Shown in pieces: positions 1-12,745 of a stretch of DNA of 64,000 nucleotides. The stretch is from Macrostomum hystrix (lineage: Eukaryota; Animalia; Platyhelminthes). The notes below the pieces were generated by a model. That model saw nothing but the letters and a program-made list of their open reading frames with translations, was not told where the DNA came from and did no database searches. The translations under genes were made by a program, and so were the position numbers. The DNA lies in contig CATNEN010000003.1 of the NCBI GenBank assembly GCA_950097015.1, forward strand, positions 7,936,001-8,000,000, in the 5' to 3' direction. Numbering within the stretch: position 1 is the stretch's first letter; each line of letters starts with the position of its first letter.

Positions 1-396
1 ACCCATCTGACTCCCTTGTTATCCCATCTGACTCCCTTGTTATCCCATCTGACTCCCTTGTTTATCCCATCTCTGGCTCCCTAAATATCCGATCTGACTC
101 CCCATTTATCCCATCTCTGACTCTCTATTTATCCCATAACTGACTCCCCATTAATCCCATCTCTGACTCCCCATTAATCCCATCTCTGACTCCCCATTTA
201 TCCCATCTCTGACTCCCCATTTATCCCATCTCTGACTCCCCATTTATCCCATCTCTGACTCTCTATTTATCCCATAACTGACTCCCCATTAATCCCATCT
301 CTGACTCCCCATTAATCCCATCTCTGACTCCCCATTTATCCCATCTCTGACTCTCTATTTATCCCATAACTGACTCCCCATTAATCCCATCTCTGA
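1..396. repeat. 23-bp minisatellite (tttatcccatctctgactcccca), BECN1 intron 2
   Basis: Tandem units read directly. Confidence 0.95.
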
Positions 397-403
397 CACA
401 CAC

Positions 404-603
404 CTGAAGCTCAGTGAGCAGGTCGGCACAGTCGGAGCACAGCGGGTGGTCGGCAGCGCAGTTTGAGTTGAGAAACTCGAAAAGTCGCTCAAATACAGCC
501 AGCCTACTGCTCAGGTTCTGGCTGATGCTAGGGGCGCTATCCAACAGCAAGAAGTCGTTGCTGCCTTCGGACTCGCAGCTGGCAGACATTGTTGTACACT
601 GTG

Positions 604-640
<37 letters not shown>

Positions 641-1448
641 TTGCTGTTGCTGTTGATTATCGTCAATTGATGACTCGACCTACGAAAAATGACAATGTTG
701 AGTACTTTCAAATGGTACTTTAAATGAGATTAAAAGGAATTGCATCTCACCCATGATACTAAATACACAATCTCATCCATGAGATACTAGATAAAGAATC
801 TCACACATGAGAAACTAGATAAAGAATCTCACCCATGAGATACTAGATACAGAATCTCACCCATGAGATACTAGATACAGAATCTCACCCATAAAATACT
901 AGATACAGAATCTCACCCATGAGATACTAGATAAAGAATCTCACCCATAAAATACTAGATAAAGAATCTCAACCATGAGATACTAGATACAGAATCTCAC
1001 CCATGAGATACTAGATACAGAATCTCAGCCATGAGATACTAGATAAAGAATCTCACCCATAAAATACTAGATAAAGAATCTCAACTCATGAGATACTAGA
1101 TACAGAATCTCACCCATGAGATACTATAATATAGATACAGATGATCACTGATATATGAGATTCCGCTTTATAATTTTAGAATTAACCGTTTTTTAGTCGG
1201 CTGTTTCTTATAGTGTTACTTTTAGTAGGGATAAAAGCAAACTACAAATAAAACTATAGATAATGCTATAGATATCTCACCATGGAAGCCTGTACACGAC
1301 GAAATGTGTCGATAGTGGCCTGAACAGTGTCCCGATCAAGTCCGCGCAAGCTGCCGTCCAAATTTAATCTGACGCAGCATCTCTGACAGCGAAATGATGA
1401 CTGTAACAGAGCCTTAGCAGCTGCGGTGGAGTCTTTGCTAGATTCCAT
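404..1448 (-). CDS. BECN1: Beclin-1/Atg6, first two coding exons (1281-1448, 404-679); gene continues beyond the window start
   Basis: Exon 1 reads MESSK...SFRCQRCCVRLNLDGSLRGLDRDT (Beclin N-terminal SFxCQRC motif). Exon 2 has polyQ then NDFLLL...NLSSRL...LFEFL...DHPLCSDCADLL (BH3 region and DHPLC motif). GT/AG boundaries at 1280, 680-681 and 403 are all phase 0. Confidence 0.93.
745..1140. repeat. 28-bp minisatellite (aatctcacccatgagatactagatacag), BECN1 intron 1
   Basis: Tandem units read directly. Confidence 0.95.
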
Positions 1449-1541
1449 TGACAGTATCTTGTGTCTGAAAATTTGATATTGTGTCGTAAAATTTTACTTC
1501 TGAAAATGCTTTACTTACGTTTGCCGAGGGTGTGTATCTAT

Positions 1542-3039
1542 GTACCAAGCTGTGACTGTTCCCGTGTACCAATCTGTGACTGTTCCTGTGTACCAATCTG
1601 TGACTGTTCCTGTGTACAATCTGTGACTGTTCCTGTGTACCAATCTGTGACTGTTCCTGTGTACCAATCTGTGACTGTTCCTGTGTACCAATCTGTGACT
1701 GCTCCTGTGTACCAATCTGTGACTGTTCCTGTGTACCAATCTGTGAATGTTCCTGTTTACCAATCTGTGACTGTTCCTGTGTACCAACCTGTGAATGTTC
1801 CTGTGTACCAATCTGTGACTGTTCCTGTGTACCAATCTGTGACTGTTCCTGTGTACCAATCTGTGACTGTTCCTGTGTACCAATCTGTGACTGTTCCTGT
1901 GTACCAATCTGTGACTGTTCCTGTGTACCAATCTGTGACTGTTCCTGTGTACCAATCTGTGACTGTTCCTGTGTACCAATCTGTGACTGTTCCTGTGTAC
2001 CAATCTGTGACTGTTCCTGTGTACCAATCTGTGACTGCTCCTGTGTACCAATCTGTGACTGTTCCTGTGTACCAATCTGTGAATGTTCCTGTTTACCAAT
2101 CTGTGACTGTTCCTGTGTACCAACCTGTGAATGTTCCTGTGTACCAATCTGTGACTGTTCCTGTGTACCAATCTGTGACTGTTCCTGTGTACCAATCTGT
2201 GACTGTTCCTGTGTACCAATCTGTGACTGTTCCTGTGTACCAATCTGTGACTGCTCCTGTGTACCAATCTGTGACTGTTCCTGTGTACCAATCTGTGAAT
2301 GTTCCTGTTTACCAATCTGTGACTGTTCCTGTGTACCAACCTGTGAATGTTCCTGTGTACCAATCTGTGACTGTTCCTGTGTACCAACCTGTGACTGCTC
2401 CTGTGTACCAATCTGTGACTGTTCCTGTGTACCAATCTGTGACTGTTCCTGTGTACCAATCTGTGACTGTTCCTGTGTACCAATCTGTGACTGTTCCTGT
2501 GTACCAATCTGTGACTGTTCCTGTGTACCAATCTGTGACTGTTCCTGTGTACCAATCTGTGACTGTTCCTGTGTACCAATCTGTGACTGTTCCTGTGTAC
2601 CAATCTGTGACTGCTCCTGTGTACCAATCTGTGACTGTTCCTGTGTACCAATCTGTGACTGTTCCTGTGTACCAATCTGTGACTGTTCCTGTGTACCAAT
2701 CTGTGACTGCTCCTGTGTACCAATCTGTGACTGTTCCTGTGTACCAATCTGTGACTGTTCCTATGTACCAATCTGTGACTGTTCCTGTGTACCAATCTGT
2801 GACTGTTCCTGTGTACCAATCTGTGACTGTTCCTGTGTACCAATCTGTGACTGTTCCTGTGTACCAATCTGTGACTGTTCCTGTGTACCAATCTGTGACT
2901 GTTCCTGTGTACCAATCTGTGACTGTTCCTGTGTACCAATCTGTGACTGTTCCTGTGTACCAATCTGTGACTGTTCCTGTGTACCAATCTGTGGCTGTTC
3001 CTGTGTACCAATCTGTGACTGTTCCTGTGTACCAATCTG
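1542..3039. repeat. 24-bp minisatellite (gtaccaatctgtgactgttcctgt), ~62 copies
   Basis: Tandem units read directly; stop-free in most frames. Confidence 0.97.
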
Positions 3040-3552
3040 CGTCAAAACCTAGGTAGGTACTAAATTGTGACAAAAATGATTTTCAAAAGCACAATAGAAA
3101 AAAATGCAACTAATGACTTGACGCGCAATTCATTTATTAACTGTTTTTTAAAGTACAGATAATTTAATAATACAGAAAAGCAATGCAACCAGCAGAAGAA
3201 ACTTCTCAGTAAATTAATGTGACAAGGTACATGTATAGTGAATAATGTACAACAATTATGTAACTTCAATTGTAGTGAAAATGCGAAACTTATAGCTAAT
3301 ATAATGTATAAACAATGTCCAATTTTTATTTACAATTTTAATACCATCCGTTTGAAATATTTATTGGGTCGAATTAGGACGACAAATAAACGAATAAGAA
3401 GAGAATATGATTTAAACTATCTGCTACTTGCTGACTTAAAAAAGCATGTAAACATTCGATTATCAGATAATATAGTAACACAACACAACACAACATTTAG
3501 TGTAAATAAATAAGATTTTGTTTAAACATGGCATTGATGTTTTTATTGACAG

Positions 3553-3740
3553 GTAGCTTGTAGCCTACTCTAAGAGGTCAGGAGTTCGATTTTCAGCTCA
3601 AGGAAAAATAATTTGTGCCCTTAAACACCAGCTGTTATAGGAATTAAAGTGCCTGTGGCACACTCCAGTCCGCGAACTGAACAGTTGTACAAGCGCCATG
3701 CAATAGCTGCGGCTGTGCCACTAGCTGTACAATCTGATCT
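3553..3740 (+). mobile_element. SINE family 2 degenerate copy
   Basis: GAGTTCGATT B-box-like motif. Shares ccagtcc...actgaacag...gcaatagctgcggctgtgc with 47070-47135. Confidence 0.6.
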
Positions 3741-3744
3741 AAAG

Positions 3745-4105
3745 ACTTTAGGGTTTCTATAGGCTTTGATCTATAGACTTTAGGGTTTCTATAGGCTTTG
3801 ATCTATAGACTTTAGGGTTTCTATAGGCTTTGATCTATAGACTTTAGGGTTTCTATAGGCTTTGATCTATAGACTTTAGGGTTTTCTATAGGCTTTGATC
3901 TATAGACTTTATGGTTTCTATAGGCTTTGATCTATAGACTTTAGGGTTTCTATAGGCTTTGATCTATAGACTTCATGGCTTCTATAGGCTTTGATCTATA
4001 GACTTTATGGCTTCTATAGGCTTTGATCTATGGACTTTAGGAGTATCGATTGGCTTTGATCTAGAGACTTCTGGAGTGTCTAAAGGCTTTGATCTATAGA
4101 TCTAG
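3745..4105. repeat. 32-bp minisatellite (ctttagggtttctataggctttgatctataga)
   Basis: Tandem units read directly. Confidence 0.95.
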
Positions 4106-4309
4106 AGATCTAGGCTTGGACATTGCTACCACGCATTTGAATTAAGATTTTAGACTAGAAATCAATAAACAATTTCTCTTATCATTCAATAACTGAATGA
4201 AAAACTCAAAAAAACTTACAAGAAATTCGCCAGAAAATGTTGACTAGACTACACCACAAAACAATATGTTTAGGAATATTAAATTATTAAATGATTCAGT
4301 AATGGCGAA

Positions 4310-7109
4310 TCAATCCATAGATCTCATAGCTGAGGCAGCAGTTTCAGCAGCAGTGCCAGATGCAGCAGCCATTTCGCTAGAACTATTCATCAAACTAGTG
4401 GAATTAGCTGACAGAGCCCAATCAGGGCAGCCAATCGGAGGCGGCCTGCTACTCGGCGGCGCCAAATGCCGTCGCCTCCTAGCCAATAGCTGAGCAGCTA
4501 GGCGTCTGCGCTCCTCCGGCTCGGCGAAATTGTCCGCGTACATGGCGTCCAGTTGTTCCTTGAGTCCGCGCAGCTCAGCCGACTCCCAGGCTAATGGTCG
4601 AGGCAGTTGAAAATCTTCGTCAGCTCCAACGGCGGAAGAGGATCCGTCCTCGTCGGCAGCGGACTCATCTGAGCTGGTGAAATCGACGGTTAGGGCGGCT
4701 GCGTAACGGCTGGCAGTGACCGAGTCCAGGGTTGGGCGCATCAACTCGAAGCCGCGAATACGACGGTGAAGCTTCTGGGGGAGAACATTGTTTATTAGAT
4801 CTATCAATTTATGAATCTTAGATCTATCCATTTATGAATCTTAGATCTATCCATGCATGAATCTTAGATCTATCCATTTATAAATCTTAGATCTATCAAT
4901 TTATGAATCTTAGATCTATCCATTCATGAATCTTAGATCTATCCATTTATGAATCTTAGATCTATCAATTTATAAATCTTAGATCTATCAATTTATGAAT
5001 CTTAGATCTATCCATTTATGAATCTTAGATCTATCCATTTATGAATCTTAGATCTATCAATTTATAAATCTTAGATCTATCAATTTATGAATCTTAGATC
5101 TATCCATTTATGAATCTTAGATCTATCCATTTATGAATCTTAGATCTATCAATTTATAAATCTTAGATCTATCCATTTATAAATCTTAGATCTATCCATT
5201 TATGAATCTTAGATCTATCAATTTATAAATCTTAGATCTATCCATTTATGAATCCTAGATCTATCCATTTATGAATCTTAGATCTATCAATTTATAAATC
5301 TTAGATCTATCCATTTATGAATCTTAGATCTATCAATTTATAAATCTTAGATCTATCCATTTATGAATCTTAGACCTATCAATCTATCAACTTCTTATCC
5401 ATCAATCTAAGAATATTGGACATTAAAATCATATCTAAAAAGCTGATTAAAGAGTTGATTTAGGATCAGAAAATGCAAATTTTACGTTTTCCTACTATCA
5501 GTAGTATCTTACAGGCGGTTGAGCAGTATTTGAGCTACTACCAGTTGAGGCTCGTTGAATCAGATTAGCGAATTGAATTTCTCGATTAGTCCTTTTCATG
5601 TTTGGCTTCAGATAGCAGCTGTACCAAACTCGCATGTACTGCTGGGCGGCTCCTGACAATGGTAGGATTCAGATTAGGACCTTAACGTTCACAGGACACT
5701 CACCACATTCGTCACAAGATGTTCACCTCGTTATTTACAGTTAATTACTTCGTTATTCACAGATTTTTTACCTCACTATTCACAGGTTATTCACCTCGTT
5801 ATTCACAGGTTAATAACTTCGTTATTCACAGATTTTTTACCTCGTAATTCACATGTTATTCACTGTTTACAAATTCGTTGTTCATAGGTTATTCACCTCG
5901 TTATTCACAGGTTAATTACTTCGTTATTCACAGATTTTTTACCTCGTAATTCACATGTTATTCACCTCGTTATTCACAGGTTATTCACCTCGTTATTCAC
6001 ATGTTATTCACCTCGTTGTTCACAGGTTGTTCACCTCGTTATTCACAGGTTTTTCACCTCACTATTCATAGGTTTTTCACCTCACTATTCACAGGTTATT
6101 TAACTCGTTATTCACAGGTTTTTCACCTCACTATTCATAGGTTTTTCACCTCACTATTCACAGGTCATTCACCTTGTTATTCACAGGTTTTCACCTCACT
6201 ATTCACAGGTTTTTCACCTCACTATTCACAGTTTTTTTTTATTTTTTAACCATATATACATAAGTCACCAATGCAATTATATCTATCGAAATAGTATCCA
6301 TAACAACGGAAATTAAAAGCAGGACTTACTGTTCCAATCGTCTGGGTGACACGGCAAATGTCCAACAAGCTGCCTGGCCCTATCAATCACCCGATCGGCT
6401 GCACCTAAATTCACTCGGGCACTGAATGGCAAAGTGTAATCGAACAAATCGTTACCAAGTTCGTCTTTTAAAGTGCGAAAAGCGCGTCGTAGAAGTGCCT
6501 GAAAAAATATGAATTGTAAAACTTCACGTTGACAAATTTCAATCGGCTTGATGTGACAACATTTTCTCAAAGACAACCAACCTTGCATTCGGTTGACAAG
6601 TCGCCAGAACTTCCTGATCCATGATCTGACAGACATCCGCTTGAAGAGCCACGCTGATGCTGCTGCTGCTGCTGCTGATGCTGTTGCTGCGAGTGGAAGG
6701 CAGCAGAAGACGATTTTGAAGCAATTCTTTCAACTTGATGCTGCTGCTGATGATGCTGATGCTGTTGTCCTAAATTTGACGATTCCATTTTTATGCCCAT
6801 AATGGCGCCGCTGTCAAGCCCGCCACCACTGATAGAAGAATCATCGCATGATGATTTGCTAGCATTGCCAAGGTGTTGCTGCTGCTGCTGCTGTTGCTGA
6901 GAAACAGCGTCAGTTAAACCAACAACTCGCGGGTCAAGCACTTCAATTAACTGATTACTAAGCTGGGAGACAACGCGAAATGCTAATAGTAGATCTCTGA
7001 CACTCATTGACTCAATTAGCATTGAAGCATTGCTAATGGTGGATTCAAATACAGTAAATGGAGAGAACTGGCTTGCCTGCGCCGAGTTGTATGACACTGA
7101 GCAGCTCAT
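4310..7109 (-). CDS. C14orf93-like protein with polyQ/H N-terminus; exons 6582-7109, 6330-6498, 5513-5652, 4310-4774
   Basis: Four exons join in frame through GT-AG introns (phases 0,1,0). C-terminal motifs FDY..PFS..N, AAQQY, KLHRR, SSDE, RPLAWES.EL..LK..LD and PPSSRPPP resemble C14orf93-family proteins as recalled. The gene model is firmer than the family name. Confidence 0.65.
4796..5390. repeat. 23-bp minisatellite (atttatgaatcttagatctatcc), intronic
   Basis: Tandem units read directly. Confidence 0.95.
5720..6232. repeat. ~23-bp minisatellite (ttattcacctcgttattcacagg), intronic
   Basis: Degenerate tandem units built from ~11-12-bp halves. Confidence 0.9.
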
Positions 7110-7417
7110 GGTTTATGATTGATTTATGGCTGCAAAATAAAAAAATCAATTTCAAAATTTTTTAGGTTTTTGTGAAAAAATGAAAATAGTACAGCTTACT
7201 TGCTTATCTTCAAAGTTGAATAATTTTTTAGATAGAATAGTTAAAATCTCATAAAATGGTCATAATGAGAATCATATAAGAAATGAAACTAATAGTAAAG
7301 CATTAGCATACAACTATTATAACTATAGTTATTTATAGTAACTATAGATTCCTAGATACCTATACTTTGATATTTAGGAGGCTTGGCTACAGGATTTTAA
7401 AGCAGGAATGTGCCATG

Positions 7418-7582
7418 CCGATAAGCAAGAAATTATTCCCACGGAATATGTTGATGATAGGACAGCTATCTCGTCAGTGTGCCGTGCATATAAGCAGGAA
7501 ATTATTCCCACAGAATATGTTGAAGATAGGACAGCTATCTCATCAGTGTGCCGTGTGGATAAGCAGGAAATTATTCCCACAG
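7418..7582. repeat. 69-bp tandem repeat, ~2.3 copies
   Basis: ataagca recurs at 7421, 7490 and 7559. Confidence 0.85.
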
Positions 7583-10294
7583 TACCATAGGAATAAGACA
7601 AAAAATATTTCTACAGTACCATGGGGATAAGCACTGCCTTGGCCCTTCTCTAATGGGCCTACCTTGGCTTAATACCAACAACAGCCATAAAAGAATATCT
7701 ATAGATATTTAGAAAATCATGTATAGCAAAAGAACATTTTAAAATGATCTAAAATATAATTTTATGGCTTAACAATAACGATTTGTAGCTAAGACTAAGT
7801 GTTTAAATTATGTTAAGCTAAGAATAAGATAATTTAACCATGCAAATAATAATAAAAAAACTGGCAAAATTGAAAAAATTGTTTTTGAAAGTGGCTGATA
7901 TAATAAGCAAAGGAAAACTAAATTCACTTTATGATATAACAGTAAGGTGCATAAGTCGAGTTCAACTTTTTAGCAATGATCAGTGCTGAGAATCGACAAT
8001 ATTAATGAATTTGTCTTAAAAAATTATCACTCCTGACAGGCTACTAACATAACATAAAATACCTATAAAATGAGTAAAAAAGCAAGGCAAGAAAATATAT
8101 TGAACATTAAATAATAGACGAGAATTACTTGACTATAGAGCTTTAAGTAAATACAAAGCAATACAAGGCACTGCAATCTTCTTTCTTAAAGTAATTACAA
8201 AACAGATTCTATGAAAAACATATATTTGAATTGTGCCACATAAAAAAACTTTTTGCCCTCGTAATAAATAGCACGTTATATTTTTGTGGTTAAACACTGT
8301 TGGGAATGCGAAGTTCTAATTCTTTGCGAACTTTAGTTTCTCAGTTTTTAGCATGATATTTCGTATTGTACAATACATTTTATTACCATGAGTGTAGTTT
8401 GTAGTTGTTTCTCGTCTGTCAAAGCGATTGGACTACTGCAATACTCGTATATATATAGTAGTAGTACTACTTTATTAGTTTTTTGAGTCAAAGGACAAAA
8501 CAATAGGCGTGATTGCTGCTCAGATTTTCACGGTTGGCTACTGTCTATGACAACTTGGCTGTGTTCAGCTGGTATGCTATTAGAAACGAGGAGAGTCAGT
8601 GTTGTCCTATAACTATAAGTAGCTGCTCATGTGTAGCCCAGTGTTTCAATTTGTTATTGCTTGTTGCAGAAAATTTTCACACGGATCAAACGTATCCTCG
8701 GAGCCATACATTGTACATGAATAGCAGAATTTGAAATCTAGCGTACTATAAGTACTATATAGTAGGTAGCGTAAGTCCAACCATGGAAACTTGAATTTTA
8801 TGATTTCAGTTATCGGCTAAAAGGATTTTTTTCTCAAATTCCATGCACAGTCCGCGGAATCAAAACAAAACAAAACAAGGGCTGGCGAGAAAGCCCTTTC
8901 TCGGTGCAAAGAGTTGCCCAGTCTGCTGTCGGCACTAAATGAGCAGCAGCAGTAGCTTTCGCGGCTCAGATCAAGTTATGAAAGAATTATGAATATGTAT
9001 TAACTTTACTTAGTATGAAATGTACTTGTACGAGTATATATATTATAATTTGGTATACAGCCGCGGCCACAGCATTTTTTGATGCAGCTAGAATAAAAAC
9101 TGATAAAAGTAAAAATGGCTGGAATCCTAATAAACAGTTGTACGTACAGCTGGCAAGTGGCGGTTAAAAGCATTTTTATAATGTAGTGATATCGCATGCA
9201 GCTATAGGATTCGAACTACTGACCTCCGAATACTATCACAGTAAAATTTAAGTACTGTTGCACTGCAACAACAACAACCTGTTAATTGTACCTGTCTGTG
9301 TATGTATGTGCACCAAGCTACTATATAAAAAAACTAATTATTTATAACAAATATTTCTTTAATAGAAGTCCACGTGTTTATTTATAAATTCACAACTGCT
9401 CGTCGATCAATGTAATAATATATACGAGCTATGAATGTAGTTTATAGCAGCAATTGCTAATTATTAACACTAATCAGAAGAGATAAAATAATGCAAAAAT
9501 TAAACAGAAAAGACAAAATAAATGAATTAATTTTCTAATCGATATAATTCTGTAAAGTGCACTATTTTATACAGTACTAACTTTATCTACAGCCAGGATA
9601 AAAATCGAAAGTTTTTATTGCCCACATGATTCTGCAAAGAAATTTTCAGTGAAAAAACGTCTTTGTAGTTTTTTAGAGCTACACAATCGATTTCATTGGC
9701 AATGACTAGAAAATGCTCGAACAATTAAGAGACAAGGTAAGAAAAATGCAAGTTTGAAAACCAACTAAATAATTATATAATAACTGATCAGCCATTGTAG
9801 CCTACTAATCAGTAGTAACTGTCGAATAATTACGTTTGCCTTTTTAAAAGACAGCAAACACTACACTTAAATAGCGCTATTTACATCGACTGTGTACAAA
9901 AAAGACGATAAAAAATTAAGTGAGTTAAGTTAAAAATGCTTATAAAATGCGCGACTTCTACTTTATACAGTAGTATCATAGAAGAGAGATTCGTGAAAAA
10001 TTGTACAAAAATATTTAAAATACAAGCGAAATCCATGATGGCGTTTCAAAAGCGCCAAAACTTTGGCTAACTCGCAAAAAGCAAGTTAATTTAATTTGAA
10101 TGCAAAGAGATACAAAAAGTTAAGCGCGACTGAAAATAATGCCAAGTTAAGGTTTAAAGGAAAAATGGCTATATGCGAGTATAAAAGCTTACGAAAATAA
10201 TTGGTAAATCTACGTATAATTTTATATGCGCATGCACACACAGACTGTAATTATATAAAAGGACGTTAAAATGCTGTCGAAATGGGTATTCTTG

Positions 10295-10395
10295 ATCGGG
10301 ATTTCAAGATCATGGGATTTCAAGATCATGGGATTTCAAGATCATGGGATTTCAAGATCATTGGGATTTCAAGATCATGGGAATTCAAGATGGGG
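10295..10395. repeat. 16-bp repeat (gggatttcaagatcat) in the INSM 3' region
   Basis: Tandem units read directly. Confidence 0.85.
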
Positions 10396-10590
10396 ATTGT
10401 TGGATAAGGGATTGCGAATCATATGCGTCGGATTCCATGGATGAGGATCAAAAGGATCTAGAACTTTAGATTTGAGGGTTTGCAGGATTAGGATCTCGAA
10501 ATGCGGATTTCAGGTCTGGGGATTTTCAAAAGGGAGATTTCAGAATCGGGACTTCGAAGCAAGGATCTATGGATCGTGTGTCGAGGATTT

Positions 10591-11346
10591 TCACTTCCCA
10601 CCGGTCGGTGACCGCCTCTTGCCAACGCCGCACACTGGCAAATGCTTCTTCAAATTCACTTTCCTTTTGAATCCGCGCCAACAAGCGTCGCAAACAAAGC
10701 CGGAAGCTTCGCTCCGGTGACGCAGCAGCGACTCGATGTCGAATGAGGCGACGCCGGTGCGTGGCGGCGCCGACAGCTGGATCGGCGGGGAGGTCGCCAA
10801 GGATGACGACGATGGCTGCGGCGGCTGATTCGGCGATCCGCCCGACGGTCGTCGATGCCACCGCCGATGACTGGCCAGATTGGCCGGGCAGCTGAACGCC
10901 TTGTCGCAGTCAGGACAGCGATGCTCGGCTGCCAGCAGTCGCGGACAGGCGTGGCTGGCGAGAGCCACAGCATCCTCGTACCGGACGTCACACAGGCGGC
11001 AGACAAAGTCGCCAATTAGATTCGGAATTTTCGCCAGCGCTTGACGAATTTCGGCTAATTCGGCGGCGGAAATTTCGTCCGCGGACGACGATTTGGCATC
11101 GTCCATGGAGCTGGCTGGCTGAAGAGACGATGGACGCGGTGGCGCCGGCGGCGGCGGCTGCTGAGGTCTCGGCTGGGGCGGAGGCTGCAGCAGCAAAGTG
11201 TGCGGTCTCACCATCATCTGTTGCTGATAAACTACAGCGGCAGCGGCAGAGCTGTGCCAGCCAGCGGAGAAACTGGTCGGTACGCCCATTAGGAAGGGAT
11301 TGGCGAGGAAGCTGGGACGATGCCGGTGACTACCGCAGAGTTCCAT
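10591..11346 (-). CDS. INSM: INSM1/nerfin/EGL-46 family C2H2 zinc-finger transcription factor, single exon
   Basis: IPNLIGDFVCRLC...LASHAC...HRCPDCDKAFSCPANLASHRRWH is the diagnostic INSM/nerfin finger pair, followed by a third finger FVCDACWRGFKRKVNLKKH. Confidence 0.93.
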   Translation of the reverse strand: MELCGSHRHRPSFLANPFLMGVPTSFSAGWHSSAAAAVVYQQQMMVRPHTLLLQPPPQPRPQQPPPPAPPRPSSLQPASSMDDAKSSSADEISAAELAEIRQALAKIPNLIGDFVCRLCDVRYEDAVALASHACPRLLAAEHRCPDCDKAFSCPANLASHRRWHRRPSGGSPNQPPQPSSSSLATSPPIQLSAPPRTGVASFDIESLLRHRSEASGFVCDACWRGFKRKVNLKKHLPVCGVGKRRSPTGGK

Positions 11347-11429
11347 GGTCTATTGTGCCGGGGTGGGAATCTGGCCAGAATTCGGATGGGAGAAATCCCC
11401 AGGTCTTTATTCCGTCAAACAGTTGTAAT

Positions 11430-11498
11430 TTTTTATAGGAAGTCTTTTCTAATTGGTTGCCGCCAAATGCCGAGTGAGTCGGAGCTCGCTCATTGGCT
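11430..11498 (-). promoter_or_regulatory. TATA box plus two CCAAT boxes upstream of INSM
   Basis: Minus-strand CTATAAAA at ~11431-11438, about 90 nt upstream of the ATG. CCAAT at ~11452-11456 and ~11492-11496. Confidence 0.5.
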
Positions 11499-12149
11499 GG
11501 CGAAAATCTCAAATCTTTTTGGTGATGTTGCAGGCCACACGATGAGTCGAGTCTTTGTTCTGCTGCGCAGGAAGACACAGAACTCATTCGCTTGTCGCAG
11601 TTTTTAATTATTCGCTCTTTGTCTGGCCTATAAGAACCCGTTTATTGATAGCTTGTCATTGTTGTGCAATTTACGCCCTGTCAGGCGCAACACCTAAAGT
11701 CACAGAAATATTTTAATATTTAATATTTTGTTTTACAAAGCGCACATTTGCAAACCTTTAAACAGGTGTCATAAACTAGGCTTTTGTAACTCAATATCGC
11801 ATTCAATCATATGTAACACGCAAACACGCAATCATAGTTAATTTTTTTACAAGTAATTTCGTTTCGTTCAATTTTTGCTTGACGATAAAACAAAGCATAT
11901 TTAAATAATTGAATCAACAACAAACTTATTCTCACTTGTCTCTGAGAAATTTCTCTCCATTAAAACACTCATTTAAGCAACACTTACATTAAGAGCTGTG
12001 AAAGTTTGCCTGATATTTGACACGCGATTTAATGAATTCAACAGAAAATATTGTTCGTTGAAATAGTTATAGAAGAAAACTTGTTTTTGTATGGCAACTG
12101 TTGAATCAATTATTTCTGACATGAAAAATATACTCAACCTCAAACGGCA

Positions 12150-12745
12150 TCTATCACCCACCTAATCCGTGTTCTATCACCCACCAAACCCGTGTTCTAT
12201 CACCCACCAAATCCGTGTTCTATCACCCACCAAATCCGTGTTCTATCACTCACCAAATCCGTGTTCTATCACCCACCAAATCCGTGTTCTATCACCCACC
12301 AAATCCGTGTTCTATCACCCACCAAATCCGTGTGCTATCACCCACCAAATCCGTGTTCTATCACTCACCAAATCCGTGTTCTATCACTCACCAAATCCGT
12401 GTGCTATCACCCACCAAATCCGTGTTCTATCACTCACCAAATCCGTGTTCTATCACCCACCAAATCCGTGTTCTATCACTCACCAAATCCGTGTGCTATC
12501 ACCCACCAAATCCGTGTTCTATCACTCACCAAATCCGTGTGCTATCACCCACCAAATCCGTGTTCTATCACCCACCAAATCCGTGTTCTATCACCCACCA
12601 AATCCGTGTTCTATCACCCACCAAATCCGTGTTCTATCACCCACCTAATCCGTGTTCTATCACCCACCAAATCCGTGTTCTATCACCCACCAAATCCGTG
12701 TTCTATCACCCACCAAATCCGTGTTCTATCACCCACCAAATCAGG
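12150..12745 (+). repeat. 23-bp minisatellite (aaatccgtgttctatcacccacc)
   Basis: Tandem units; inverted partner at 17446-18600. Confidence 0.95.

Noticed and set aside
414-711. Poly-Cys and poly-Ser ORFs
   Set aside because: Alternative frames of the BECN1 CAG polyQ tract.
1461-3073. 531-aa, 506-aa and 254-aa repetitive ORFs (QSVTVPVY, HRNSHRLV, YTGTVTDW)
   Set aside because: They come from a 24-bp stop-free minisatellite that is open on both strands, with no unique domain or synonymous variation.
3745-4105. TTTAGGG as interstitial telomere
   Set aside because: Only one motif per 32-bp unit, not a tandem telomeric tract.
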